A DNA stretch of 64,000 nt from Actinomycetota bacterium (GCA_023379935.1 JAMCPD010000017.1:67420-131419); one strand, 5' to 3'; shown: positions 28,543 through 38,998, counted from the stretch's first letter. A program made the numbers and translations. The notes: generated by a model not told the origin, from the sequence alone.

Positions 28543-29802
28543 GTGAATTTTATTGAAGAAAATTTCAACAAGGAAGTATATTACACAGGACTGCGTTGCA
28601 GGGAGTGTTCCAGAACTTATCCCGCCGAGGCACTTTATTTTTGCGATTTTTGCTTTGGGCCGCTAGAGGTGGTTTATGACTATGAAGCTATAGCAGGCAA
28701 GGTTACGAAGCAGTCCATAGCAGCAGGTCCGCAGAGTATGTGGCGATATAGGGACCTATTACCAGTCGCAAGCGGGTCACTTATAGATCTTGGAGCAGGC
28801 TTTACTCCGTTGGTTAAGGCGGATCGTCTTGGAGCGGAGCTTGGGCTGAAACAGCTTTGGATTAAAGACGATACCGTCAACCCCAGCGGCTCTTTCAAAG
28901 ACAGGGTGGTCTCAGTATCTCTCACCAAGGCTCGCGAACTTGGCTTTAAAGTGGTTGCGTGTGCTTCCACGGGCAACCTGGCTAACTCGGTTGCCGCTCA
29001 TGCCGCACGCGCCGGCATGGAGTGTTATATTTTCATTCCTAATGATTTAGAAGAAGCTAAGGTAGTTACTACTGCAGTTTATGGGGCTAACTTGATAGCT
29101 GTGGAGGGGACTTATGATGATGTAAATCGTTTATGTGCAGAGTTGACCAGTGAGCGTCCATCGTGGGCATTTGTCAATGTAAATATTCGACCATACTATG
29201 CGGAAGGATCTAAAACTTTAGCTTTTGAAGTGGCTGAACAGTTGGGCTGGCGCCTCCCTGACCATGTTGTGGTCCCAATAGCATCCGGTAGCCAGCTAAC
29301 CAAGATACATAAAGGGTTTGAAGAACTTGTCAATGTCAAACTTGTAGAACCTCATCCGGTTAGAATTTCAGGAGCACAGGCCGTGGGATGTGCTCCTGTC
29401 GCGAATGCGTTTAGTGATCAATCTGATTATATACATCCGGTCAAACCTTCCACTATTGCCAAGTCTTTGGCAATAGGCAATCCTGCTGATGGAATATATG
29501 CACTTGATGTAGTCCGTAAAAGTGGTGGATCGTGTCTTGCGGTAACCGATACCGAGATTGTGGAAGGTATACGTTTGCTTGCCGCCACAACGGGAATTTT
29601 TGCGGAAACAGCAGGTGGTGTTACAATAGCAACACTTGATAAACTTGTGTCGCAGGGAGTTGTGAGACCTGAGGAAAATGTCGTGGTTATGGTGACTGGC
29701 AACGGGCTAAAGACTATAGAGGCGCTAGCACCGTATGTGGGACCTACCTTCAATATTCCACCAACGCTGGAAGCTTTTGAAGCCGCTGTTACGGAAGGTT
29801 AG
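28543..29802 (+). CDS. threonine-synthase-family PLP enzyme with N-terminal Zn ribbon (MetM-like candidate)
   Basis: Cys4 ribbon CRECS...CDFC, PLP lysine motif NPSGSFKDR, and a Gly-rich loop. It sits behind a SAM riboswitch and upstream of a MoaD-like gene. Confidence 0.8.
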   Translation: MNFIEENFNKEVYYTGLRCRECSRTYPAEALYFCDFCFGPLEVVYDYEAIAGKVTKQSIAAGPQSMWRYRDLLPVASGSLIDLGAGFTPLVKADRLGAELGLKQLWIKDDTVNPSGSFKDRVVSVSLTKARELGFKVVACASTGNLANSVAAHAARAGMECYIFIPNDLEEAKVVTTAVYGANLIAVEGTYDDVNRLCAELTSERPSWAFVNVNIRPYYAEGSKTLAFEVAEQLGWRLPDHVVVPIASGSQLTKIHKGFEELVNVKLVEPHPVRISGAQAVGCAPVANAFSDQSDYIHPVKPSTIAKSLAIGNPADGIYALDVVRKSGGSCLAVTDTEIVEGIRLLAATTGIFAETAGGVTIATLDKLVSQGVVRPEENVVVMVTGNGLKTIEALAPYVGPTFNIPPTLEAFEAAVTEG

Positions 29803-29910
29803 CGTGCATAGCTGCCAACTTACAAGCCCAGCGTTGTTTTGAAAGCAGGCAGTTGTTATATTGCCGGTTAAGATTTGAGGGAGTTGTTAGGATTTGATAG
29901 GATCAATTTT

Positions 29911-30228
29911 ATGGCTGTAACAGTACGTATACCAACTCAACTTCGTACCCTCACTCAAGGTGTAGGTGAGGTTTCAGTTGAAGGCGATACCGTGGGAGCA
30001 GCACTCCGGGCGTTGGAAGCGTCTTATCCGGGTTTTGCGGAAAGAATATTGGACGAAGAGGGTTCACTCAGACGGTTTGTCAACGTTTTTGTTGCCGATG
30101 AAGACGTTAGATTTTTACAAGGATTGGATACTGTTTTAACACAAGGGCAGATTGTCTCTATACTACCTGCAGTTGCCGGTGGAGATTGTACAACTTCGAC
30201 TCCGTTTATCAAGGATACGGAATTTTAA
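29911..30228 (+). CDS. MoaD/ThiS-family sulfur-carrier protein with C-terminal extension after Gly-Gly
   Basis: MAVTVRIPTQLRTLTQG...ILPAVAGG followed by DCTTSTPFIKDTEF. I prefer the ATG at 29911 to the TTG at 29875 because MoaD-family proteins normally begin at this beta strand. Confidence 0.75.
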   Translation: MAVTVRIPTQLRTLTQGVGEVSVEGDTVGAALRALEASYPGFAERILDEEGSLRRFVNVFVADEDVRFLQGLDTVLTQGQIVSILPAVAGGDCTTSTPFIKDTEF

Positions 30229-30356
30229 AATAAGATATGAGGGGGCAAGATAAGACTGAGTAATTATCGATTTGCAGTATGCGCTTATTACTGTTACTCT
30301 TTACCTTTAACAGTGCTTCGCGGATGTAGCGGAAAATTGTCGAAAGGAGAAAAAAT

Positions 30357-32723
30357 ATGAGAACAGGAACTGGAAGAACTGGGATCAAACTCTACAAAGG
30401 ATATACAATTGTAGCGGCTGTATTGGTTATGACAACCTTAAGTACTCTCTTTAGCTCTGTTGTCATGACCACCGCTGATGCAGGTGCGCAATCGAGCACA
30501 CAGGCCGGCACACAGGCCTATAGTGCCGTTACCCCATTTAGGATAGCTGATACCCGCTCAAGTTATCATTGCGGAAATGTCAGCCCCGCCGGATCTCTTG
30601 GGCCGGATGCTACCGTAACGCTGACGGTTGTAGGAGCGAGCGACTGTGAAAGTACCTCCGGTAGCGTTCCTTCAAATGCAACCGCTGTTGCACTTAATGT
30701 AACCGTCACAGATACTACGGCTCCGGGTTTTCTCACCCTCTATCCTGCCAACGTTACCAAGCCTACATCCTCCAATTTGAACTGGCAGGCTGGAGAGACT
30801 GTTCCCAATATGGTTGTCATAAAACTCAGCCCTACCGGGACCATTGACATCTACAACGGATCGGATGGCACCAGTGATGTGGTAGTCGATGTAGAAGGCT
30901 ATTTCATGCCGGCCAGTTCAACGACCGGAACGGGACATTATCAACCGTTACCGACTCCGCAACGCATTTGTGATACCCGTCCCGCTAGTACAACTACGCC
31001 CAATAATCAATGCACGGATCATCCCTTACAAGCCGGTACCTCTTCACAAACACTTACGGTTCAGGTTGCAGGGAAAGCAGGGCTTCCCGTTACCGGGGTC
31101 TCAGCGGTTGCTTTAAATGTTACCGCTATCAACCCTAGCGTATTTAGTTATTTAACGGTATACCCTGCCAGTGCTACAAGACCCACAGTTTCGAATCTGA
31201 ACTTTGTTGCTGGTGAAACTGTACCCAATCGGGTAATAGTGGGGCTTGGAACTAATGGTTCCATAGATGTCTATAATTTTGCCGGCACAGTTGATGTGGC
31301 TATAGATGTAACAGGGTATTTTACAGATTCCACAGCACAACAAACCTTTGGCAGTCTTTTTGAACCGATTTCACCGCAGCGTATCTGTGATACTCGCCCC
31401 GCAAGTGTTACAGGTTATACCGATCAATGCACGGGTCACACTTTACAAGCCGGTACCTCTTCACAAACACTTACGGTTCAGGTTGCAGGAGAGGGCGGCA
31501 TTCCCGCATCAGCCAGCGCTACCCCACCTACAGCTGTGGTCTTGGATGTGGCTGTTACCGACACCACCGCCCCCAGCTATCTCACTGTTTACCCCAGCGG
31601 AGCAACTCCGCCGACAGCATCTGACCTCAACTGGACGGCTGGTGTGACGCGAGCCAATCTGGTGGTAGCCACTCTTGCTCCCGGGGGCACCCTTTTAGTC
31701 TATAACTTCTCCGGTTCTACAGATGTTGTGATAGATGTAGTCGGCTACTTTACTGCTGCGGCTACAACCTGGACACAAGTGCTGCCGGCTGTTCCCATTT
31801 CAGGAGTATCGCCTTATAATGGCACTGGTGATACTTCAACCATGTACGCGGCGATGGCCTATGATGCCAATACCAATCAGGTTATTTTTTACGGAGGCAT
31901 TAATTCAAGTACTGATACTTTTGCTTGGAGTGGATCTTCGTGGTCGGAAGTATCCTCGGCAAATACTCCTCCTGCTGGATTGTATGGGGCATCAATGGTG
32001 TATGATGCCGCCAACCAAACAATACTGTTTTTTGGTGGGACATCTGTGGGTTACCAATCTAGTCCTTCAAATAGCACATGGGTATGGGATGGCACCAACT
32101 GGACCGAAGCGGCTCCCACAACCAGTCCTTCAGGGGGTTACGGTGAAGGAATGGCATATGATCCCGCTATTGGCAAAGTGGTACTCTATACTGATTATGG
32201 TAATACCTGGACTTGGGATGGCACCAACTGGACAAAGCTTTCTCCTGCTACAAGTCCCGGACCAATCTGTGCTGAAGTAATGGCTTATGATCCTTCTACC
32301 ACCAGTATCATTTTGTTTGGTGGATATGATAACAGTGCTTCTGTTCCTCTATCTCTATCAGGTTGTGGCGGCGGTTACGGCAATGAAGAGCCCTCACTTG
32401 ATGCTACGTGGAGTTTCGACGGTACAACATGGAGCAAGTTAAGTCCTGCCACAAGCCCGCCAGGACGCCAAAATGCAGCTATGGCTTATGACCCGAACAC
32501 CAGTCAGTTGGTACTTTTTGGCGGAAATGCCGGCGGTACTTGCAGTAGCGTACCTTGTAATCCGTTGAACGATACCTGGACTTTCAATGGTAACAACTGG
32601 ACACAGCAAAGCCCGCAGTCTGTTCCCCCTGCCGGGGACGGCACCAATGGCATGGTATGGGATGGTACAGCGTTGATGATGGTTGGCAACCAAGGTAGTA
32701 CTTGGCACTATCCAACCATGTAA
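30357..32723 (+). CDS. 788-aa secreted protein: 3 PxRIxDTR domains + ~6 Kelch-type repeats
   Basis: Signal/TM at the N-terminus. The domains start VTPFRIADTR, PTPQRICDTR and ISPQRICDTR, and each ends DVxGYF. The C-terminal half has Kelch-like blades (MAYDPxTxxxxLFGG...WxxDGTxW). GGAGAAAAAAT lies before the ATG. Confidence 0.85.
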   Translation: MRTGTGRTGIKLYKGYTIVAAVLVMTTLSTLFSSVVMTTADAGAQSSTQAGTQAYSAVTPFRIADTRSSYHCGNVSPAGSLGPDATVTLTVVGASDCESTSGSVPSNATAVALNVTVTDTTAPGFLTLYPANVTKPTSSNLNWQAGETVPNMVVIKLSPTGTIDIYNGSDGTSDVVVDVEGYFMPASSTTGTGHYQPLPTPQRICDTRPASTTTPNNQCTDHPLQAGTSSQTLTVQVAGKAGLPVTGVSAVALNVTAINPSVFSYLTVYPASATRPTVSNLNFVAGETVPNRVIVGLGTNGSIDVYNFAGTVDVAIDVTGYFTDSTAQQTFGSLFEPISPQRICDTRPASVTGYTDQCTGHTLQAGTSSQTLTVQVAGEGGIPASASATPPTAVVLDVAVTDTTAPSYLTVYPSGATPPTASDLNWTAGVTRANLVVATLAPGGTLLVYNFSGSTDVVIDVVGYFTAAATTWTQVLPAVPISGVSPYNGTGDTSTMYAAMAYDANTNQVIFYGGINSSTDTFAWSGSSWSEVSSANTPPAGLYGASMVYDAANQTILFFGGTSVGYQSSPSNSTWVWDGTNWTEAAPTTSPSGGYGEGMAYDPAIGKVVLYTDYGNTWTWDGTNWTKLSPATSPGPICAEVMAYDPSTTSIILFGGYDNSASVPLSLSGCGGGYGNEEPSLDATWSFDGTTWSKLSPATSPPGRQNAAMAYDPNTSQLVLFGGNAGGTCSSVPCNPLNDTWTFNGNNWTQQSPQSVPPAGDGTNGMVWDGTALMMVGNQGSTWHYPTM

Positions 32724-32857
32724 CTCTAGATATATAACTATTGATAATATTTTCGAGAGAGATTTATCAGACGGTACACGCCATTGAGTTTTTGACTGGC
32801 TTTGTGTGGTTCTACAAAAAGATAAAAAATATTAAAGTTCGATTTGCATAGTTTGCG

Positions 32858-32884
32858 TTAGCACTCTAAAGTTGAGAGTGCTAA
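32858..32884 (+). promoter_or_regulatory. CIRCE operator (HrcA binding site)
   Basis: TTAGCACTC-TAAAGTTGA-GAGTGCTAA is a perfect match to the CIRCE consensus TTAGCACTC-N9-GAGTGCTAA. It lies 78 nt upstream of groEL. Confidence 0.92.
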
Positions 32885-32901
32885 TATATTATTAAAAATA
32901 G

Positions 32902-34617
<1,716 letters not shown>

Positions 34618-34662
34618 AAAACTACCCTCGTGAAATAGCGAAACCACAAAAGGTATCAATCG

Positions 34663-34698
34663 AAGCTAGCCATTTTACTATGATGGCTAGCTTTTTTC
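34663..34698 (+). terminator. rho-independent terminator of groEL
   Basis: An 11-bp perfect stem, AAGCTAGCCAT (34663-34673) pairing with ATGGCTAGCTT (34683-34693), has a 9-nt loop and runs into a T tract. Confidence 0.8.
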
Positions 34699-35075
34699 AT
34701 CAACGGTGTTCCGAATGCGCTTACCGCAGCAATAATCGCGAAAATTTCAAATACATGTCTCAAGTTCCTTATCACAAGTATCCTTTCTACAGAGCCTCCT
34801 GTCAGTTTTTGACCGGTATAGTGGTTGCGCGGAACTTCAGCAAGTCATTCATGCTCAATTGGACGTGAAAAGGTTGCCAAACACAGACAGAACGTGATGA
34901 TGGTAGGCGACGTCGATGTGGTACGATGATTATATGCCGGTTCGCTCGTTACTTGTTCATCTCGCAGTCAGCAGGCGCACGTACAAGGCCAGGGCGTATG
35001 TTATCAGCCTTCCGCGACACACCCGCTGGCGAGTTGACTCCAGTAAATGGTTGAAGGTCCAGGTAATATTTAGTC

Positions 35076-35285
35076 ATGGCTGAGCGTGACGAATTTCAGG
35101 ATCAGACACCAAATGGGAACTTACTGTGGCGAGAACGTTCGCTGGAAGAGCATGGACAGGCAATCGCGGCTCTTATGCGTTATGTCAGCGCAGCTCCACG
35201 GCATCGCAAGAAGGACAAGCTGGACTTTCCCGTGATCAAAGATTTGGCGCCGCATCTGATCGGTAAAGAGAGTCAACAGTCTTGA
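35076..35285 (+). CDS. small hypothetical protein (candidate partner of the downstream nucleotidyltransferase)
   Basis: 69-aa ORF whose TGA overlaps the next ATG (TGATG at 35283-35287). I recognise no motif. Confidence 0.35.
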   Translation: MAERDEFQDQTPNGNLLWRERSLEEHGQAIAALMRYVSAAPRHRKKDKLDFPVIKDLAPHLIGKESQQS

Positions 35286-35887
35286 TGGTTCCCGCTGATT
35301 ACATTCTCGTCGACGACCAGCTTGACAAGATGAAACGTCTCGACGATGCCTTAGGCTCAGCCTCTTCTCCTTCAGCTTACGCTTTTGGTGGCTCGATAGC
35401 CCTCGACTATTACACGGAACCCAGAGCAACAACAGATTTCGATATCAATATAGCTTGCAGTGAAAGGCAATCACCGGAGGTGCTCTCTTATCTCGGCAAA
35501 GCCTTGCCTGATCTGGAGATAGACGAACGTGTGGTCGCTATAGCGCAGAAAGACGGACAAGTCCGGATCGGCTGGGGACAGTACAAGCTCGATTTGTTCT
35601 TCGCTAACACGGACTTTCATAAAGCTATTGCCCAAAAGGTCCATCTTGTTCCCTTCCTTGACCGAGAGATTCCGATCATTGCAGAAGAACATCTGATTGC
35701 TTGTAAAGCCATATTTAATCGTACAAAAGACTGGCTCGATATTGAGGACATGCTTAGGGATGCTCCTGTCGAGCTGGATGTCACAGAAGCGCACAACTGG
35801 GTGTCAACCATCGCCGCCGCAGACATCACTGCTCGGCTGGATGCCTTATTTGTGTCATATGGTTTTAGTCTGTTTGAGCAGCCTTAA
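35285..35887 (+). CDS. nucleotidyltransferase-fold protein (MNT/AbiEii-like)
   Basis: FGGSIALDYYTEPRATTDFDINI fits the GS...DxD minimal nucleotidyltransferase motif. Codons look more G/C-ending than in neighbouring genes. Confidence 0.55.
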   Translation: MVPADYILVDDQLDKMKRLDDALGSASSPSAYAFGGSIALDYYTEPRATTDFDINIACSERQSPEVLSYLGKALPDLEIDERVVAIAQKDGQVRIGWGQYKLDLFFANTDFHKAIAQKVHLVPFLDREIPIIAEEHLIACKAIFNRTKDWLDIEDMLRDAPVELDVTEAHNWVSTIAAADITARLDALFVSYGFSLFEQP

Positions 35888-36132
35888 TCCAACTTTGTCG
35901 CTGATGATCGCAACGCCCCCGGTAGTGAGTCTGTAAGGTCTTAATTTGGCCACTACAACATTACCTGCTACGAATGGTTTCTCTTGGTGAGTGTCCTTTA
36001 TCTTCAAGGTGTTCGTAGATCTCCTTGTGGCACGCGCTCTAAGAGGGGAATGAAACTGTTGGTAGCTCAAAGATGTAAGTGTCAAAACTTTAAATTTTGA
36101 CGGATTTTCAATTCGGCTTTCAGCTCGTCCAG

Positions 36133-36378
36133 TCAACTCTCAACCATGTCGCCAAGTAAGTCAACACTTATGCCAAGCTCCCTAAGCCACTTTAGTGATT
36201 CCTCTATCGCATCCGTGGTGCCGGAAAGTTCACAAATAATCCACCCCTCCGTGCCTTCTACGCTGGCGCGGCGGATATTTGGGACTACATTATGTTCCTT
36301 AACCAGGCGCGCTATTATCGGTTCACGAATTAGTTTTTCTGGAAAAATAAGTTTTACTCTCAACACTACTGATGTCAT
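36133..36378 (-). CDS. stand-alone NIL-domain protein
   Basis: 81 aa resembling the C-terminal NIL domain of MetN (EPIIARLVKEHNVVPNIRRASVEG...GWIICELSG). Its start overlaps the upstream stop (ATGA). Confidence 0.7.
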   Translation of the reverse strand: MTSVVLRVKLIFPEKLIREPIIARLVKEHNVVPNIRRASVEGTEGWIICELSGTTDAIEESLKWLRELGISVDLLGDMVES

Positions 36379-37217
36379 ATTTTTTTATTCCTATATCCCT
36401 GCAAGTCTAACATGACACGACTATACCCCGCCGCTTTTACTGCTTTTACTATTTTATCCCGTTCCTTTAGGACTTTTGGCAAGTCAGAGACTTCAAATTC
36501 AATACATGCCAACGAGTCATAATGGCGCACTCTAAGCTGCTCAAAGCCGAGTTGTCTAACGGCGTACTCTGCTTTTTCCACAGTTCGCAAGGTTTTAATG
36601 TTTATCGGTGTTCCATGAGGAATTCTGGAAGCCAAACAAGCATTCTGTGGTTTGTTCCACGTAGGCAATCCCAGTGAGCGCGACAAGGAACGTATTTTTG
36701 CTTTATCAAATCCGGCTTGCACAAAGGGGAACACTGCACCGTTGAGTTGCGCAGCTTTTTGACCCGGCCTTACGTCGTTCAAGTCATCAAGATTGACACC
36801 CAGTACCACCGTTGCTTTACCGGCTTCGTCCGAGGTTACCTTGTCGTAGGATGCAAAGGAGGGTGTCAGATTGGATATAACTGACATTAGCTCTGTTTTA
36901 CACCAGTAGCAGCGTGAGACAGTATTTTGAATATAAAGTGGATTATCGAGCTCGTGTGTTACAACAGTTGCCCACTGTAGATTCCACTGAGCAGCCAAGT
37001 TTTTGCAAAAGGTGGCGTCTTGAGTGGTCAGAGTGGGAGACACGGCTGTTACACACAGTGTATTGTCCTTGCCCAACACGTTGTTGGCTGACCAAGCCAG
37101 CAAGGAAGAGTCTGCTCCGCCGCTAAAGGCAACTATGACTCGTTGTAAGCTGTTCAACACTTCGGCCAGAGCATGCCAAGCGGTTTGCAAATCTTTATCT
37201 AATGTCTGATAGTTCAT
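36375..37217 (-). CDS. PP-loop ATP pyrophosphatase, LarE-like (TIGR00268-type) sulfur transferase
   Basis: PP-loop AFSGGADSSLL and the conserved Cys motif NACLASRIPHG, with a length of 280 aa. Confidence 0.7.
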   Translation of the reverse strand: MNYQTLDKDLQTAWHALAEVLNSLQRVIVAFSGGADSSLLAWSANNVLGKDNTLCVTAVSPTLTTQDATFCKNLAAQWNLQWATVVTHELDNPLYIQNTVSRCYWCKTELMSVISNLTPSFASYDKVTSDEAGKATVVLGVNLDDLNDVRPGQKAAQLNGAVFPFVQAGFDKAKIRSLSRSLGLPTWNKPQNACLASRIPHGTPINIKTLRTVEKAEYAVRQLGFEQLRVRHYDSLACIEFEVSDLPKVLKERDKIVKAVKAAGYSRVMLDLQGYRNKKI

Positions 37218-37896
37218 TGATTTCAGCTACTATGCCCATGTAAAAAGGGCCAAAGTGTGCATACTCAGCCGACGCTTCATCAAAGCGCATTTCATATATA
37301 ATGGCTTTTAAATCATCCGGACATTGCGCGAAAAGGGTGACTCCCCATTCGTAATCATCCAATCCAAAAGACCCGGTAACCAGCTGAACGACTTTACCGG
37401 CGTACTTTCGCCCTGTGGCACCATGTGCAAGCATAAGCTCCTTTCGTTTTTCAAACGATAAGGTATACCAGTTTTGTCCAACTTTACGCCTTTTTGACAT
37501 CGGATAGAAGCAGAATGCCCGCATTCCTTCCGGGGGAAGAACAGGATATAAGCGCGCATTTTTGATTTGATCGGGCAAGCCCGGGGCATATTCTGAGGTT
37601 TCTGTCAATGAAACATACGAGCAGGACAACTCAAGTTCCGATGCCTTTAACGCATTTTGAAAACTTTTCAAATGCCAAAAGTTTTTAGCAATGGCCATAA
37701 AGCCGATATCGGCTTTATGCCCCAACAAGGCAACGGTAACTATCTGAACGTCATTTTCGCGAGCTTCTTTTATCGCGGTATCGACAGTTTGGATGTCAAA
37801 GTTCTTATTGACTTTGCAAAACAGGTGGACAACCCCCAAACCTGTCGAAGGGGCCAACTCCTTCTTGGCAGTTATGGGGTTATAAGAAGAGTTCAT
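37195..37896 (-). CDS. hemQ: coproheme decarboxylase / chlorite-dismutase-family HemQ
   Basis: The pattern GLGVVHLFCKV...YVSLTETSEY...FYPMSKRR...NWY...R..LM..H matches the chlorite dismutase family. I chose the start at ATG 37896, which forms an ATGA overlap with the upstream small ORF, over the ORF-track start at 37929. Confidence 0.8.
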   Translation of the reverse strand: MNSSYNPITAKKELAPSTGLGVVHLFCKVNKNFDIQTVDTAIKEARENDVQIVTVALLGHKADIGFMAIAKNFWHLKSFQNALKASELELSCSYVSLTETSEYAPGLPDQIKNARLYPVLPPEGMRAFCFYPMSKRRKVGQNWYTLSFEKRKELMLAHGATGRKYAGKVVQLVTGSFGLDDYEWGVTLFAQCPDDLKAIIYEMRFDEASAEYAHFGPFYMGIVAEINELSDIR

Positions 37897-38084
37897 TTGG
37901 GCGGATCTTGCTGTTTTCGTATATGCCAACCTATTTTTGAAGTTTTTCTAGGTTCATAAAATAAGCAGTTTTCAGGACAGGCAAATGGGAGTATTTGCCC
38001 AGCGTTTAGTTTGCAACGTTCCAGTTTCTCGTTGGTTTTTGTGCTTTGCATTACATAGTGGTGGCAGTCCGGCTTTACAGACAT
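37893..38084 (-). CDS. 63-aa Cys4 miniprotein, translationally coupled to hemQ
   Basis: It has four Cys (C7, C24, C35, C39; ...FACPENCLFYEPR). Its stop overlaps the hemQ ATG. I cannot assign a family. Confidence 0.45.
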   Translation of the reverse strand: MSVKPDCHHYVMQSTKTNEKLERCKLNAGQILPFACPENCLFYEPRKTSKIGWHIRKQQDPPK

Positions 38085-38239
38085 AACTATATTTTGACAG
38101 AAAATGGTTGTTTATGCCAACCGGGGATTCTCAACAGTTTGATATGGCAGTATGTGGTAGAATAGTGAAGTACAACGGTCCAGCTAAAATGGTTCTCAGC
38201 TAAGAATATAAATGGAGTATTCATTAAGGAGCAAATTCA

Positions 38240-38998
38240 GTGGTGCCCAGTCACAGTGATAGCACAGACGATAATCACTACAACCTGGTATCTCAACAAG
38301 ATCTATGTCGATGGGGAGAAAGCTTGGCTGGGGTTGCACGTACCGGGCTTGGTTTTACCAAAAGTTTATATGAACGTGAACGGTTTGAGGAGATTATAAA
38401 AATAGCTGCAGAAATTAAGGCGTCTTCGAGGGCAGCGGGTGAGATGAGGGACAGTACAAACAATGTTGATAACAAAGTTAATGCGCCAGATGCCAAAGCA
38501 TTTGCGCAAGAGTGGATTGACGATATTCAAGATGGGGTGAGTGGCTATGTAACACCAAAGGTCGCCATAGGCGCTGTCGTTGGCAACGAACACCAAGAGA
38601 TGCTTTTGATAAAAAGAGCCGATTCGGGTATATGGCTTTATCCGACAGGATGGGCGGATATTGGGTATTCGCCGGCTGAGGTAGTCATCAAGGAAGTCAA
38701 GGAGGAAACCGGGATAGATGTTAAGCCTGTTCGTCTTATAGCGGTGTTTGATGGACTACGTCTGGGAATTACAAGAATGCCGTTCTACTCTTTGATATTC
38801 CAATGTAAATTACTGGGCGGAGACTTAAAGCCTCATCCCCTGGAATGTCAAGATGTAGGCTGGTTCTCCAGGGATAAACTGCCAATGCCGTTAGGCAGAG
38901 CTGAGACATGGACTAAACACTTTTTTGCCGCCATTGCAGGCGAGCCGGTAGAGGTTATGTTTGATGAGCCGCGGGACCCGGTTTGGAAAAATACCTAG
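38240..38998 (+). CDS. NUDIX hydrolase with N-terminal NUDIX-associated domain
   Basis: Nudix box GWADIGYSPAEVVIKEVKEETG, with a GTG start 8 nt after AAGGAG. An extended -10 candidate TGGTAGAAT lies at 38155-38163. Confidence 0.8.
   Translation: MVPSHSDSTDDNHYNLVSQQDLCRWGESLAGVARTGLGFTKSLYERERFEEIIKIAAEIKASSRAAGEMRDSTNNVDNKVNAPDAKAFAQEWIDDIQDGVSGYVTPKVAIGAVVGNEHQEMLLIKRADSGIWLYPTGWADIGYSPAEVVIKEVKEETGIDVKPVRLIAVFDGLRLGITRMPFYSLIFQCKLLGGDLKPHPLECQDVGWFSRDKLPMPLGRAETWTKHFFAAIAGEPVEVMFDEPRDPVWKNT

Noticed and set aside
34680-34868. 62-aa ORF just downstream of groEL.
   Set aside because: It starts inside the groEL terminator hairpin and has no SD. Its composition is Cys/Arg-rich and unlike a real protein.
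35855-36136. 93-aa minus-strand ORF between the nucleotidyltransferase gene and the NIL gene.
   Set aside because: It overlaps the ends of both neighbouring genes and has no recognisable motif or RBS. Its Arg/Thr/Lys-rich sequence is typical of a spurious frame.
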